Of a stretch of DNA of 64,000 nt, positions 36,641 to 46,667 are shown in pieces. The translations under genes were made by a program, and so were the position numbers. How positions within the stretch are numbered: the stretch's first letter is position 1; each line of letters starts with the position of its first letter. The notes below the pieces were generated by a model. It was not told the DNA's origin. It saw nothing but the letters and a program-made list of their open reading frames with translations, and searched no databases. Source of the stretch: Candidatus Nomurabacteria bacterium (GTDB lineage: Bacteria; Patescibacteriota; Minisyncoccia; Phycocordibacterales; UBA2100); assembly GCA_943359395.1 (NCBI GenBank), contig CALRHH010000001.1, forward strand, positions 20,121 through 84,120, written 5' to 3'.

Positions 36641-37876
36641 ATGCTCGGAATGATAAAAACTGTGCCTTTCTCCAAGGATGAGCTTGAGAAGTTGCTTCGC
36701 CTGCACCCCACCCCTCTGTACATATACGATGAGCAGGGTATACGACAAACAGCACAACGTCTTCTGAAAGCGTTTTCGTGGTCGCCGGAATTCAAGGAGT
36801 ACTTCGCGGTGAAAGCAACGCCGAATCATCACATACTTTCTATACTCAAAGACGAGGGTTGTGGCGCCGATTGCAGTTCTTTAGCGGAACTACTTCTCGC
36901 AGAGCGAATCGGCCTATCGAAAGAAGACGTCATGTTCACCTCGAATGACACGCCCGCGGGTGAATACATAAAGGCAAAAGCGCTTGGAGCAATAATCAAT
37001 CTCGACGCATTTGAGGATATCGCTTTTCTCGAGGAGCATGCGGGTCTGCCTGAGATGTTGTCATTCCGATATAACCCGGGCCCAGTACGCGACGGCAACG
37101 TCATCATCGGAAAACCCGAAGAAGCGAAATTCGGCATGACGCACGGCCAGCTCATTGAAGCGTATCGTGTCGCGAGCGCAAAGGGCGTCAAGCGCTTCGG
37201 TCTCCACACCATGGTCGCGTCGAACGAGCGGCAGGTAGAGTATTTCGTGGAGACTGCGCGGATGCTCTTCGATATCGTACGGGAAGTGCGCGACGAACTT
37301 GGCATTACGATTGAGCTCGTAAATTTCGGCGGCGGCATCGGAATTCCGTACAGGCCGGAAGATAAGGAGGTGGACATCGAGGCGCTCGCCATGAGCGTGA
37401 AAAATCTCTACGAGTCATACCAACTCGCCCCTCTCAAACTCGCGATGGAGTGCGGACGCTACATTACAGGGCCACACGGATACCTGGTATCCCGCGTCCG
37501 GCATCTCAAGGAAACATACCGGAAATACGTCGGTCTTGACGCGACGATGGCGAATCTCATGCGGCCCGGCATGTATGGCGCCTATCACCACATCACGGTT
37601 CTCGGCAAGGAGAATGCCCCGACCGACGAGATATACGATGTCGTCGGCTCTCTCTGCGAGAACAACGACAAATTCGCCATAGAGCGGAAGCTGCCTCACA
37701 TGGAGTTGGATGACGTCATTGTCATTCACGATGCGGGCGCACATGGACACGCGATGGGATTCAACTACAACGGGAAACTCCGCTCGGCAGAATTTCTTAT
37801 GAAGCCTGACCAGAGCTTTACCATGATTCGCCGTGCGGAGACGATGGAAGACCTGTTTGCTACCTTGGTGGATTGA
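36641..37876 (+). CDS. lysA: diaminopimelate decarboxylase
   Basis: Fold-III PLP decarboxylase (Orn/DAP/Arg decarboxylase family 2): YFAVKATPNHHIL with the PLP-binding Lys and a C-terminal beta-barrel domain. A TATAAT -10 box lies just upstream of the ATG. Confidence 0.9.
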   Translation: MLGMIKTVPFSKDELEKLLRLHPTPLYIYDEQGIRQTAQRLLKAFSWSPEFKEYFAVKATPNHHILSILKDEGCGADCSSLAELLLAERIGLSKEDVMFTSNDTPAGEYIKAKALGAIINLDAFEDIAFLEEHAGLPEMLSFRYNPGPVRDGNVIIGKPEEAKFGMTHGQLIEAYRVASAKGVKRFGLHTMVASNERQVEYFVETARMLFDIVREVRDELGITIELVNFGGGIGIPYRPEDKEVDIEALAMSVKNLYESYQLAPLKLAMECGRYITGPHGYLVSRVRHLKETYRKYVGLDATMANLMRPGMYGAYHHITVLGKENAPTDEIYDVVGSLCENNDKFAIERKLPHMELDDVIVIHDAGAHGHAMGFNYNGKLRSAEFLMKPDQSFTMIRRAETMEDLFATLVD

Positions 37877-37937
37877 TTCACTCTTGATAAGATGGCGTTA
37901 TGCTACCGAGAGCAGCAAACGTATAATCCGAAAGAAT

Positions 37938-38702
37938 ATGAATATCGCACTCATAGGGTATGGCGGAATGGGACACTCGCTCGCGAGTGCTGCAGGGACG
38001 CGTGGACATCGTATAGTGGCCATCATAGACCGTAGTGCGCCCGAGGCATCTGCGAAGTCTCTCGATGCCCAATCCCTCGCCGATGCCGATGTCGCTATTG
38101 ACTTTTCAAGCCCTGCGGAGGTGATGACCTCAGTGCAATCGTGTGTCGAAGCGGGTATCCCACTCGTCGTCGGCACGACGGGATGGTACGATCGGGTAGA
38201 CGAAGTCCGTCAAGTCGTAGAAGCGGCTCCGGACTCGAGACGCATCGGTTTTTTATGGTCGTCGAACTTTTCTGTTGGCGTTCACATGTATTTTCGCATC
38301 ATCGCGGAGGCGGCGCGCCTCGTAAACAGACTCGATGAATACGACATTTGGGGACACGAGATACACCATGCGGGCAAGGCGGACAGCCCTTCAGGTACGG
38401 CAAAGACACTCGAGAAGATACTGCTCGACGCCGTCCACCGCAAGGAGTCCGTTGTGGAGGAGAGACTCAACCGTAAGCGTGCGGATTCGGAAATACATTT
38501 CTCCTCGGTACGCGGAGGTGCGGTAAATTTTGGGCATACCGTTGGCTTCGATTCTGCGGCAGACAGAATTCTTATTACTCATGAAGCGCGGAACCGTGAC
38601 GGCTACGCGCAAGGCGCAATAAAAGCGGCGGAATGGCTTGTGGGAAAAACCGGCTTCTATAGTATGGATGAATACATACGCGATATTTTCCCCGCATCAT
38701 AA
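37938..38702 (+). CDS. dapB: 4-hydroxy-tetrahydrodipicolinate reductase
   Basis: MNIALIGYGGMG Rossmann N-terminus, DFSSPAEV, and HHAGKADSPSGTA, which matches the DapB EHHxxKxDxPSGTA motif. The six-frame ORF begins at 37833, overlapping the lysA end. Confidence 0.85.
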   Translation: MNIALIGYGGMGHSLASAAGTRGHRIVAIIDRSAPEASAKSLDAQSLADADVAIDFSSPAEVMTSVQSCVEAGIPLVVGTTGWYDRVDEVRQVVEAAPDSRRIGFLWSSNFSVGVHMYFRIIAEAARLVNRLDEYDIWGHEIHHAGKADSPSGTAKTLEKILLDAVHRKESVVEERLNRKRADSEIHFSSVRGGAVNFGHTVGFDSAADRILITHEARNRDGYAQGAIKAAEWLVGKTGFYSMDEYIRDIFPAS

Positions 38703-38716
38703 ATTTCTAAATCAAT

Positions 38717-39613
38717 ATGACTACAAAGAAATACGCAGGCACGTGGACAGCACTCATCACTCCATTCAAAAAAGACGGGGGGTTGGATGAAGCGGCCTTA
38801 CGAATACTGGTGCGCAGGCAGATTGAGGGTGGCGTAACTGGTATCGTTCCCATCGGTACAACGGGGGAATCGCCGACGACACTTGCAGCAGAAGACCGAC
38901 GAGCCATCGAGATTGTGGTAGAAGAGGCGGCCGGCAAGGTTCAGGTCATGGCGGGTACTGGGAGCAATAGCACCCGAGAAGCCGTGACGTACACCAAAGC
39001 GGCAAAAGAAGTTGGCGCAGGCTCATGTCTTGTCGTCGCTCCGTATTACAACAAACCGACGCCCGACGGGCTAAAACTACACTACGCGGCAATTGCTGAT
39101 GTCGGTCTTCCTGTCATTGTTTACAACATCAAGGGCCGAACGGGCATCAACATAGATACTGACACGCTCATGGAAATGGCACAGAACCCGATGATAGTAG
39201 GAGTGAAAGAAGCAAGCGGAGACATTGCCCAGATGAAAGATGTGCTCGCGCGAAGACCCGACGATTTTACCGTGCTGTGCGGTGACGACGCCATGACCCT
39301 CGACTTGATGCGGGCGGGTGGAGACGGTGTTATCTCGGTTGCGTCCAACATCGTACCCCGTGAGGTATCCACCTTAGTGCGTCATGCGGCGGCGGGCGAA
39401 TGGGATGAAGCGGAAAAAGTCAACGAGCATCTGGCGGACATGTTCAAAAAACTATTCATCGAATCCAACCCCATCCCGGTGAAATACTGTGCGGCGCGTA
39501 TGGGTACTTGCGAGCTTGTCTACCGTCTTCCTCTGTGTCCGCCAACCGCCACGTCGCAGACAGTTCTCGACACTCTGCTGAAAGACTACGGATTGCTCAA
39601 AGACACCACGTAA
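38717..39613 (+). CDS. dapA: 4-hydroxy-tetrahydrodipicolinate synthase
   Basis: GTWTALITPF, GTTGESPTL and a Schiff-base Lys in the IVYNIKGRTG context, all typical of DapA. Confidence 0.9.
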   Translation: MTTKKYAGTWTALITPFKKDGGLDEAALRILVRRQIEGGVTGIVPIGTTGESPTTLAAEDRRAIEIVVEEAAGKVQVMAGTGSNSTREAVTYTKAAKEVGAGSCLVVAPYYNKPTPDGLKLHYAAIADVGLPVIVYNIKGRTGINIDTDTLMEMAQNPMIVGVKEASGDIAQMKDVLARRPDDFTVLCGDDAMTLDLMRAGGDGVISVASNIVPREVSTLVRHAAAGEWDEAEKVNEHLADMFKKLFIESNPIPVKYCAARMGTCELVYRLPLCPPTATSQTVLDTLLKDYGLLKDTT

Positions 39614-39621
39614 TTCTTCTC

Positions 39622-40797
39622 ATGGATATCAACCCGTCGAAAAGACTGGCGTCATTGCCTCCGTACGCGTTTGCGGAGATAGACAAAAAGGTGGAAGCTC
39701 TCCGAGCACAGGGCGTTACCCCTATTGATTTCGGCGTGGGCGACCCGACAGAACCGACGCCGGACTATGTAGCGGAGTGCCTTACACCATCGGCCCGTGC
39801 ACATGCGGTGAGCGGATATCCGAACTATAACGGAAGCAAGAAATTCCGCTCCGCCGCGGCCGATTATATGCTTCGCAGGTTCGGAGTGACGCTCAATCCA
39901 GAAACAGAGATTTCTTCGAACGCAGGTTCGAAGGAGGCTATTTTTAACTTTCCCGAGGCCATTCTGGAACCAGCTGATACGGTACTCTGTCCCTCTCCGG
40001 GATATCCACCGATGAAAACAGGCACCATCTTTGCCGAGAGCCAACCCTATTTCGTCCCTCTTCTTGAGAAAAACGGATTTCTTATCGACTACGCCGCCAT
40101 TCCCAAGGACATCGCACAACGCGCAAAGATGATTTGGCTGAACTACCCGAATTCTCCCACGGGTGCCGTAGCCTCGCGCGAGTATTACAAAGGACTTGTC
40201 GAGTGGGCTCACCGCAATAACATCATCATTGCGGCGGATGAAGGCTGCTATATTGATATTTACTTCGACGACAAACCACCCTCTATTCTTGAGGTGGACC
40301 GCGAAGGCATCGTCGCTTTTTATTCCTTGTCCAAACGCAACAACATGACCGGCTATCGCGTCGGCTTCGTGTGCGGCGACGAGAAACTCGTAAATATTTA
40401 CAAGCGCTTGAAGACGAATGTCGATTCAGGCGTCCCAAATATTATTCAGGATGCGGCTATCGTCGCACTTGCCGATGATGCGCACGTCGAAAGTATGCGC
40501 CGTCTCTACAAAGAAAAACGGGATATTCTGCTTCCTGCACTTCGTTCTATCGGACTCTCAACGACAGAAGCGGGAGCCACCTTCTATGTATGGCAGAAGG
40601 TCCCTGGAAGCGACGTCGAGTTTGCAAAGAAACTCCTCGATCCTTCCATTGGCATCGTCGTGACACCGGGCAGTCTGATTTCGGATGTATGTGAAGGAGG
40701 TTTGAATCCGGGAGAGGGGTACGTGCGCTTTGCCTTAGTTCCGTCTCTAGAACAAGTCCGAGAAGCCGCAAAAAGGTTGCTTTCACTGCGATCGTAA
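39622..40797 (+). CDS. dapL: class I/II aminotransferase, probable LL-diaminopimelate aminotransferase
   Basis: Fold-type I aminotransferase (NYPNSPTG, SLSKRNNMTGYRVGF with the PLP Lys). It sits in an asd-lysC/lysA-dapB-dapA cluster with no dapD or dapE, which fits the DapL route. The specific assignment rests on context. Confidence 0.65.
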   Translation: MDINPSKRLASLPPYAFAEIDKKVEALRAQGVTPIDFGVGDPTEPTPDYVAECLTPSARAHAVSGYPNYNGSKKFRSAAADYMLRRFGVTLNPETEISSNAGSKEAIFNFPEAILEPADTVLCPSPGYPPMKTGTIFAESQPYFVPLLEKNGFLIDYAAIPKDIAQRAKMIWLNYPNSPTGAVASREYYKGLVEWAHRNNIIIAADEGCYIDIYFDDKPPSILEVDREGIVAFYSLSKRNNMTGYRVGFVCGDEKLVNIYKRLKTNVDSGVPNIIQDAAIVALADDAHVESMRRLYKEKRDILLPALRSIGLSTTEAGATFYVWQKVPGSDVEFAKKLLDPSIGIVVTPGSLISDVCEGGLNPGEGYVRFALVPSLEQVREAAKRLLSLRS

Positions 40798-40881
40798 ACA
40801 TTTCGATATCCTGATTCTCCCGCTACGAAATACCATTTTATTCATAGTTTGTGGTTTAATTTCTGTTACAATACAGCCCAT

Positions 40882-41823
40882 ATGGGCAAAAAGCGGCTTT
40901 TTACGGGACTTCAGCCATCGGGCTCGCTCCACATCGGCAATTACTTGGGCACACTCAAGCAGACGGTGGGATTGCTCAAAGATACTGATGGACTCGTCAT
41001 GATTGCCGATTATCATGCGCTTACCACACTGAAGGATACCGGAGGATTGCGGAAAAATATCATGGATGTCGCGCGCGACTTTATCGCTGTCGGAGTCGAC
41101 CCCAAGAAAACTGTCATTTTCCAGCAGTCCACTGTATTGCAGCATACGGAACTCGCGTGGATATTCGATTGTCTCGTCACGGTACCATTTCTTATGCAGG
41201 CGCACGCGTATAAGGACAAAGTCGCAAAAGGACTGGAAGCGAATGCGGGGCTCTTCACATACCCAATGCTCATGGCGGCGGATATTTTGCTCTACGATAC
41301 CGACGTCGTGCCCGTAGGTGCTGACCAAAGGCAGCATGTGGAATACGCCCGCGAAGCGGCAACCAAATTCAACGTCGTATTCGGCGAGACCTTCAAGACG
41401 CCGCAGGAAAAAATTCTAGAGTCTGTCGCAGTCGTTCCCGGTACCGACGGCAAAAAGATGAGCAAGAGTTATGGCAATACTATTCCTCTTTTTGGCACAA
41501 AAGAAGAGACGCAAAAAGCAGTTATGAGTATCGTTACTGACTCAACAGGGGATAGACCGGAAAACGTCTACAATATTCACCGCCTCTTCAAAAGCGAGGA
41601 GCAGCTTTCCTCTCTCTACGCGGAAAACAAGGGCAAATACAAAGCACTCAAAGATACGCTCGTCGAAGACATCGAAGCGGTGATTAGCCCGATGCGGGAG
41701 AAGCGTGCGAGCCTGAGTGACGCCGATGTAAAAAACATTCTGAAGGATGGCACTGAGAGAGCACGCGAACAAGCTGAAAAGAAAATGGTAGACGTGAGAA
41801 ATAAAGTGGGCGTCACAATTTAG
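40882..41823 (+). CDS. trpS: tryptophanyl-tRNA synthetase
   Basis: Class I HIGH (GSLHIGNY) and KMSKS (KMSKSYGN) motifs at a TrpRS-typical length of 313 aa. Confidence 0.95.
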   Translation: MGKKRLFTGLQPSGSLHIGNYLGTLKQTVGLLKDTDGLVMIADYHALTTLKDTGGLRKNIMDVARDFIAVGVDPKKTVIFQQSTVLQHTELAWIFDCLVTVPFLMQAHAYKDKVAKGLEANAGLFTYPMLMAADILLYDTDVVPVGADQRQHVEYAREAATKFNVVFGETFKTPQEKILESVAVVPGTDGKKMSKSYGNTIPLFGTKEETQKAVMSIVTDSTGDRPENVYNIHRLFKSEEQLSSLYAENKGKYKALKDTLVEDIEAVISPMREKRASLSDADVKNILKDGTERAREQAEKKMVDVRNKVGVTI

Positions 41824-41825
41824 AT

Positions 41826-43229
41826 ATGGAACGAACATTCATTAAAGACTTGGCAGAGCACGTAGGGGAGTCGGTCCTCATTAAGGGCTGGGTATCGGTT
41901 CGGCGCGACCAGGGCAAAATGGTTTTTTTCGACTTCAGAGACATGACAGGCGTGGTTCAAGGTCTCGTGATTCCGGGAGCTGCCGCGATGGAAACCGCCA
42001 AAAATACTTCCCGCGAATCCGTGGTCGCAGTCACCGCTACCGTGCAGGAGCGACCGGGCAAGAACGCCCAAACGGGCAAAATGAACGGTGGCATCGAACT
42101 ACTGATTGAATCAATCGAGGTTTTGAGTCCCGCAGCGGTTCTGCCGTTTGAAGTCAACGAAGATACCTCAGGCATCGGGGAGGAGACACGTCTCGCTCAC
42201 CGCTACTTGGACTTACGCAGCGAACGTATGCAACGCAACATCCGGCTCCGCAGCGAGCTTGTGCAACGCTGCAGAGAATACCTTTTTGGTAAGCTATTTA
42301 CGGAAATTGAAACTCCACTTCTTACAGAATCGACGCCGGAGGGTTCGCGCGATTTCGTCGTACCGTCCCGGCTCCACCCCGGTAAATTCTACGCGCTTCC
42401 GCAATCTCCCCAGCAATACAAACAGCTTCTTATGGCCGGCGGATTCGAACGGTACTTCCAAATAGCGCGTGCGGTGCGTGACGAGGATCTTCGCGCGGAC
42501 CGCGGATTCGAACATACGCAAATAGATATCGAGATGTCTTTCGTCGCACAAGAAGAGGTGATGCAGACTGTCGAAGATATGATTACGGTTTCAGTCGAAG
42601 CGATGGGCTTTACGATAAAAGAAAAGCCCTTTCCCCGATTCACCTACGCGGAAGCGATGGAAAAATTCGGCGCGGATAAATTTGACCTCCGCACACCCGA
42701 AGATAAGGAGAACAACGTCATGGCATACGCATGGGTATACAAATTTCCGTTTTTCGAAAAGACAGAGGACGGCGGATGGACGTTTACACACAATCCATTT
42801 TCAATGCCGATACGCGAGCATGTGGAACAGCTTCTCGAAAAGAAAAATATCGGAGATATTCTCACCACGCAATATGATTTGGTATGCAACGGATACGAGG
42901 CGGGGGGTGGAAGCATCCGCGCACACAAGCCTGAGATTCTCAAAGCCGCATACGAGGTCATGGGATACAATGAAGAGGAGATACAGGGGCGTATCGGACA
43001 TATGCTCACCGCCTTTGGATTCGGCGTACCGCCTCACGGCGGCATCGCACTCGGCGTAGAACGCCTTACCATGAATCTGACGGGGGAATCGCAGCTTCGC
43101 GAAGTTCAGGCCTTTCCAATGACACGCGGCGGACAGACGTCTGTCATGAGAGCGCCGAAAGAACTTACCATTGAGCAACTCACCGAACTTGGCATCCAGA
43201 TACAACCAAAAAAGAAACATGATGAGTGA
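41826..43229 (+). CDS. aspS: aspartyl-tRNA synthetase, short form without the bacterial GAD insertion
   Basis: N-terminal OB anticodon-binding domain and class II motifs (FYALPQSPQQYKQ, GGSIR, GFGVPPHGG). 467 aa. Confidence 0.9.
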   Translation: MERTFIKDLAEHVGESVLIKGWVSVRRDQGKMVFFDFRDMTGVVQGLVIPGAAAMETAKNTSRESVVAVTATVQERPGKNAQTGKMNGGIELLIESIEVLSPAAVLPFEVNEDTSGIGEETRLAHRYLDLRSERMQRNIRLRSELVQRCREYLFGKLFTEIETPLLTESTPEGSRDFVVPSRLHPGKFYALPQSPQQYKQLLMAGGFERYFQIARAVRDEDLRADRGFEHTQIDIEMSFVAQEEVMQTVEDMITVSVEAMGFTIKEKPFPRFTYAEAMEKFGADKFDLRTPEDKENNVMAYAWVYKFPFFEKTEDGGWTFTHNPFSMPIREHVEQLLEKKNIGDILTTQYDLVCNGYEAGGGSIRAHKPEILKAAYEVMGYNEEEIQGRIGHMLTAFGFGVPPHGGIALGVERLTMNLTGESQLREVQAFPMTRGGQTSVMRAPKELTIEQLTELGIQIQPKKKHDE

Positions 43230-43947
43230 ACGATTCGCATTGAGTACTGAAACATTTGAGGGGCCATTGGAAACGCTTCTCAATATGATTGAAGCGAGGA
43301 AGCTGTCTATCTCTGACATCTCTTTGGCCGAGGTAACGGACGCGTACCTCGCATACGTCGAAAAACTTCCCGAACTTCCCCTCGGGGAAACCGCTCAGTT
43401 CATTTTGGTTGCCTCCACGCTCCTTCTGATAAAATCCCGAACGCTTCTCCCCACATTGGACCTTTCTGCAGATGAGCGCGAAAGCGTTGAAGAGCTTGAG
43501 CGCCGGCTCGCGCGATACGCACTGGTACGGAAGTCAGCCAAGCTTCTTCGTGGCACATGGGGTAAAAGCCCTTTTCTCCTTGCGCATCGAACGCCTCTTC
43601 GTACCCCCGTCTTCAGTCCCGCCAACGCGGCACTTTCTACAATTGCCAATGCGGCTGCACGTCTCGTCAGTATCTTGCCCAAGCCTGAAGCAATGATGCA
43701 GGCGGCGGTGGCCCCAATATTGGCGCTAGAAGATGTTATACAGAGTGTCCGCTCCCGCCTCATCACCGCCCTTCGAGCGAGCTTCCGTGAGCTTACGAGG
43801 TCACGCGATAGGAACGATGTAATCGTCTATTTTCTTGCGACGCTCGAATTAGTACGTTCGGGGAGCGCGAGCGTGACTCAAGAACGCCTTTTCGAAGACA
43901 TCACGATTGAGTTGGAGAACGCCACTGCTCCACGTTACGGTACATAA
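43219..43947 (+). CDS. scpA: segregation and condensation protein A
   Basis: FEGPLETLLNMIEARKLSISDISLAEVTDAYLAYV is the ScpA N-terminus. The six-frame ORF starts at 43171, overlapping the aspS end. Confidence 0.85.
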   Translation: MMSERFALSTETFEGPLETLLNMIEARKLSISDISLAEVTDAYLAYVEKLPELPLGETAQFILVASTLLLIKSRTLLPTLDLSADERESVEELERRLARYALVRKSAKLLRGTWGKSPFLLAHRTPLRTPVFSPANAALSTIANAAARLVSILPKPEAMMQAAVAPILALEDVIQSVRSRLITALRASFRELTRSRDRNDVIVYFLATLELVRSGSASVTQERLFEDITIELENATAPRYGT

Positions 43948-43950
43948 TAT

Positions 43951-44514
43951 ATGCACAATGAAACCTCAGCGCGCGCGGAAGCGTTCCTCTTTAGTGAAGG
44001 AGGGATGCTTACCTTACACAAACTGGCTCAATTACTCGAGGTAGATGAGCCGCAGTTGCGGGAGGCGCTCCAGACACTTTCGGAGCGCCTGGAAGGCACG
44101 GGCCTGACACTTATCCGGACGGAGACCGAGGTCTCGCTCGCGGTGGCAAAGGAAACTTCCTCAGCAGTTCAACGGGCGTACGAGCGGGAGCTGGGACACG
44201 AAATAGGGGATGCGGGCCTAGAGGTTTTAGCAGTTGTCCTCTATAGAGGTCCCTCGACTCGTGCGCAAATCGATTATATTCGTGGTGTAAATACAAGCTC
44301 GAGTATCCGTAATCTTCTCGCACGCGGGCTCCTTGAACGCACGGGCAATCCTGAAGACGGACGTGAATACCTATACCGTCCGACTGTCGAGCTCCTCTCT
44401 CACCTCGGCGTGCGTGACGTTACAGAACTTCCGAATTACGCCGAGATAGTTGCGGAACTTAGAGCTTTCGAATCACAGCCTACCGAGTCCTCTTCAGAAA
44501 ATACGCAGGTATGA
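43951..44514 (+). CDS. scpB: segregation and condensation protein B
   Basis: Tandem winged-helix ScpB domains (AEAFLFSEGGMLTLHKLAQLL...LEVLAVVLYRGPSTRAQIDYIRGV). Confidence 0.85.
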   Translation: MHNETSARAEAFLFSEGGMLTLHKLAQLLEVDEPQLREALQTLSERLEGTGLTLIRTETEVSLAVAKETSSAVQRAYERELGHEIGDAGLEVLAVVLYRGPSTRAQIDYIRGVNTSSSIRNLLARGLLERTGNPEDGREYLYRPTVELLSHLGVRDVTELPNYAEIVAELRAFESQPTESSSENTQV

Positions 44515-45566
44515 CGGACGGACCATTGGCTCAAGATGAAATTTCTTACACCGGAGACGCGCGACAGCAGGAGCCTGTTTCTCCGCTCGTACTTTTGCCT
44601 GAGCGCACAGGCGGACACCGTCTCTCGACACAATACCTTTCGGGTGTCGCCACACTCGCGCTCATCTTTTTCGCGAGTGCGTTCGTAACAGTGGCATTTC
44701 TCTCCTCTTACGATGAGCTCAACGTGGGCGTTCCTCAAACCGCTTCTGCGGCGGCCTCATTGGAAAATCCCTTCGACTCAATATCACTTATGGCTGAGGG
44801 GGCTTACGTGCTCGACCTCACGACGAATCGCGTTCTTTATTCGAAAAACCCAGACTCGCGGCTGCCTCTCGCCTCTCTCGTCAAAGTGCCGCTCGTCCTC
44901 GCGGTCTCCGAAGCGTTTCCCTCCGGTACGTCCATAACGATACCTTCACACGTACCGCCCGATGGCGCGGGAATTCGTCTCCCGGCAGGGATGCAATTCG
45001 CAGCACAAGACATCATCGCCTTCACTCTCGTTGCGTCCTCAAACGAAGGAGCCGCTATTCTCTCTAACGCGGCGGGGGAAGCTCTTCATAAAAAGTATCC
45101 GTCGTCGACAGAAGGCGCTGCTGTCTTGTGGCGTATGAACGACATCGCACAAAACCTCGGCCTGAGTACGGTGACCTTTCTCAACACCAATGGCCTTGAC
45201 TTGAGCGACACTGAAGCGAGCGCCTTCGGCTCTGCGCACGATGTAGCACTTCTCTTTGGGTATGCCGCATCGACTGCCCCCGCCTCTTTTGGGCAAACCT
45301 CTCGCACGAGTATCAAGATACGGGCAACAACGGGAGAAACGGTGACGGCAACAAATACCGACGAAGCATTACCGGCGATACCGGGCATCGTCATGGGAAA
45401 AACGGGCTTCACAAGACTTGCGGGAGGAAACCTCGCCGTAGTATTTGAGGTGGGACCAACCCGTCCGGTCGTTGCAGTCGTACTGAATTCAACGCAGGAC
45501 GGCCGTTTTGACGACATGAAAAAGCTCGTAACAGCTACGGTGGAATCCATCTCAACGGGCCAGTAA
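44511..45566 (+). CDS. dacA: D-alanyl-D-alanine carboxypeptidase (serine-type, peptidase S11/PBP5-like)
   Basis: SxxK (ASLVK), SxN (SSNEGA) and KTG (GKTGFT) motifs after an N-terminal membrane anchor. Confidence 0.8.
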   Translation: MTDGPLAQDEISYTGDARQQEPVSPLVLLPERTGGHRLSTQYLSGVATLALIFFASAFVTVAFLSSYDELNVGVPQTASAAASLENPFDSISLMAEGAYVLDLTTNRVLYSKNPDSRLPLASLVKVPLVLAVSEAFPSGTSITIPSHVPPDGAGIRLPAGMQFAAQDIIAFTLVASSNEGAAILSNAAGEALHKKYPSSTEGAAVLWRMNDIAQNLGLSTVTFLNTNGLDLSDTEASAFGSAHDVALLFGYAASTAPASFGQTSRTSIKIRATTGETVTATNTDEALPAIPGIVMGKTGFTRLAGGNLAVVFEVGPTRPVVAVVLNSTQDGRFDDMKKLVTATVESISTGQ

Positions 45567-45602
45567 TTTCGGGTCCTAAAATCAACGTAGTACAATCACT
45601 GT

Positions 45603-46667
45603 ATGATTCCGCCGCTTGTTCACGTACTCCTTCCTGCGGCGATAGCATTCCTCGTGGGGATGGCAATCACACCACTGATTTCTCACTACTTATACGCGTT
45701 CAAGGCGTGGAAAAAACGTCCCGGTAAACTCGCGCTCAACGGAGAATCTGCGCACGAATTCAACCGGCTTCATGGCCTGAATGAGGTACGCGCGCCCCGC
45801 ATGGGAGGCATGGTCGTGTGGGGAAGCGTCCTCCTTACTATTTTAGGTCTCTCCGCACTGACACGCATTTTTCCGGCGCTGACTAGTCTAGACTTCTTGA
45901 GTCGTAATCAGACGTGGCTGCCATTCGCGACACTTATGACAGGTGCCTTAGTTGGACTCGTCGATGACCTTATGGTTATTCGGGAGAGTGCTGAGGGTTT
46001 ACGTCTACGTCACCGCATCGTTATTGTCGTGGCGTTGTCCTCTTTCATAGGATGGTGGTTCTGGGAAAAACTTTCCATAACTGCCGTCAATATCCCATAT
46101 ACCGTCCCGCTTGAAATAGGTTGGCTCATCATTCCTCTATTTGTCATAGTATCGCTCGCCCTGTACGCTTCAGGCGTCATTGACGGCATTGACGGACTCT
46201 CAGGTGGAGTATTCGCCTCAATTTTTGCCTCTTACACCATCATCGCATTTTCGCAGAACCAAGTAGACCTCGCAGCATTTACCGCCTGCATTATGGGAGG
46301 ACTCCTCGCGTTTTTGTGGTTCAATATTCCTCCTGCGCGATTTTACATGAGCGACACGGGCACCATGGCATTAACCTTGACCATCGGTACCGTTGCGTTC
46401 ATGACTGACAGTCTCGGGGGTGGTGTTGGCATATTCGTATTACCTATCATCGGAGGTCTTCTCGTTGTGACTGTTTTGTCTGACATAGCACAAGTCATCT
46501 CAAAAAGATTCTTCGGCCGCAAGCTCTTGCGCATTGCGCCACTGCACCACCACTTTGAAGCCATCGGTTGGCCGGGACAGAAAGTTGTTATGCGGTATTG
46601 GGTGCTCTCCGTTGCATGTGCGTTCGCGGGCGTCATCCTTGCGCTCTCTGCATTACCCATACAATGA
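45603..46667 (+). CDS. mraY: phospho-N-acetylmuramoyl-pentapeptide transferase
   Basis: Ten predicted TM helices with MraY motifs (GLVDDLMVI, NAVNIPYT...IDGIDGL, HHHFE). Confidence 0.9.
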   Translation: MIPPLVHVLLPAAIAFLVGMAITPLISHYLYAFKAWKKRPGKLALNGESAHEFNRLHGLNEVRAPRMGGMVVWGSVLLTILGLSALTRIFPALTSLDFLSRNQTWLPFATLMTGALVGLVDDLMVIRESAEGLRLRHRIVIVVALSSFIGWWFWEKLSITAVNIPYTVPLEIGWLIIPLFVIVSLALYASGVIDGIDGLSGGVFASIFASYTIIAFSQNQVDLAAFTACIMGGLLAFLWFNIPPARFYMSDTGTMALTLTIGTVAFMTDSLGGGVGIFVLPIIGGLLVVTVLSDIAQVISKRFFGRKLLRIAPLHHHFEAIGWPGQKVVMRYWVLSVACAFAGVILALSALPIQ

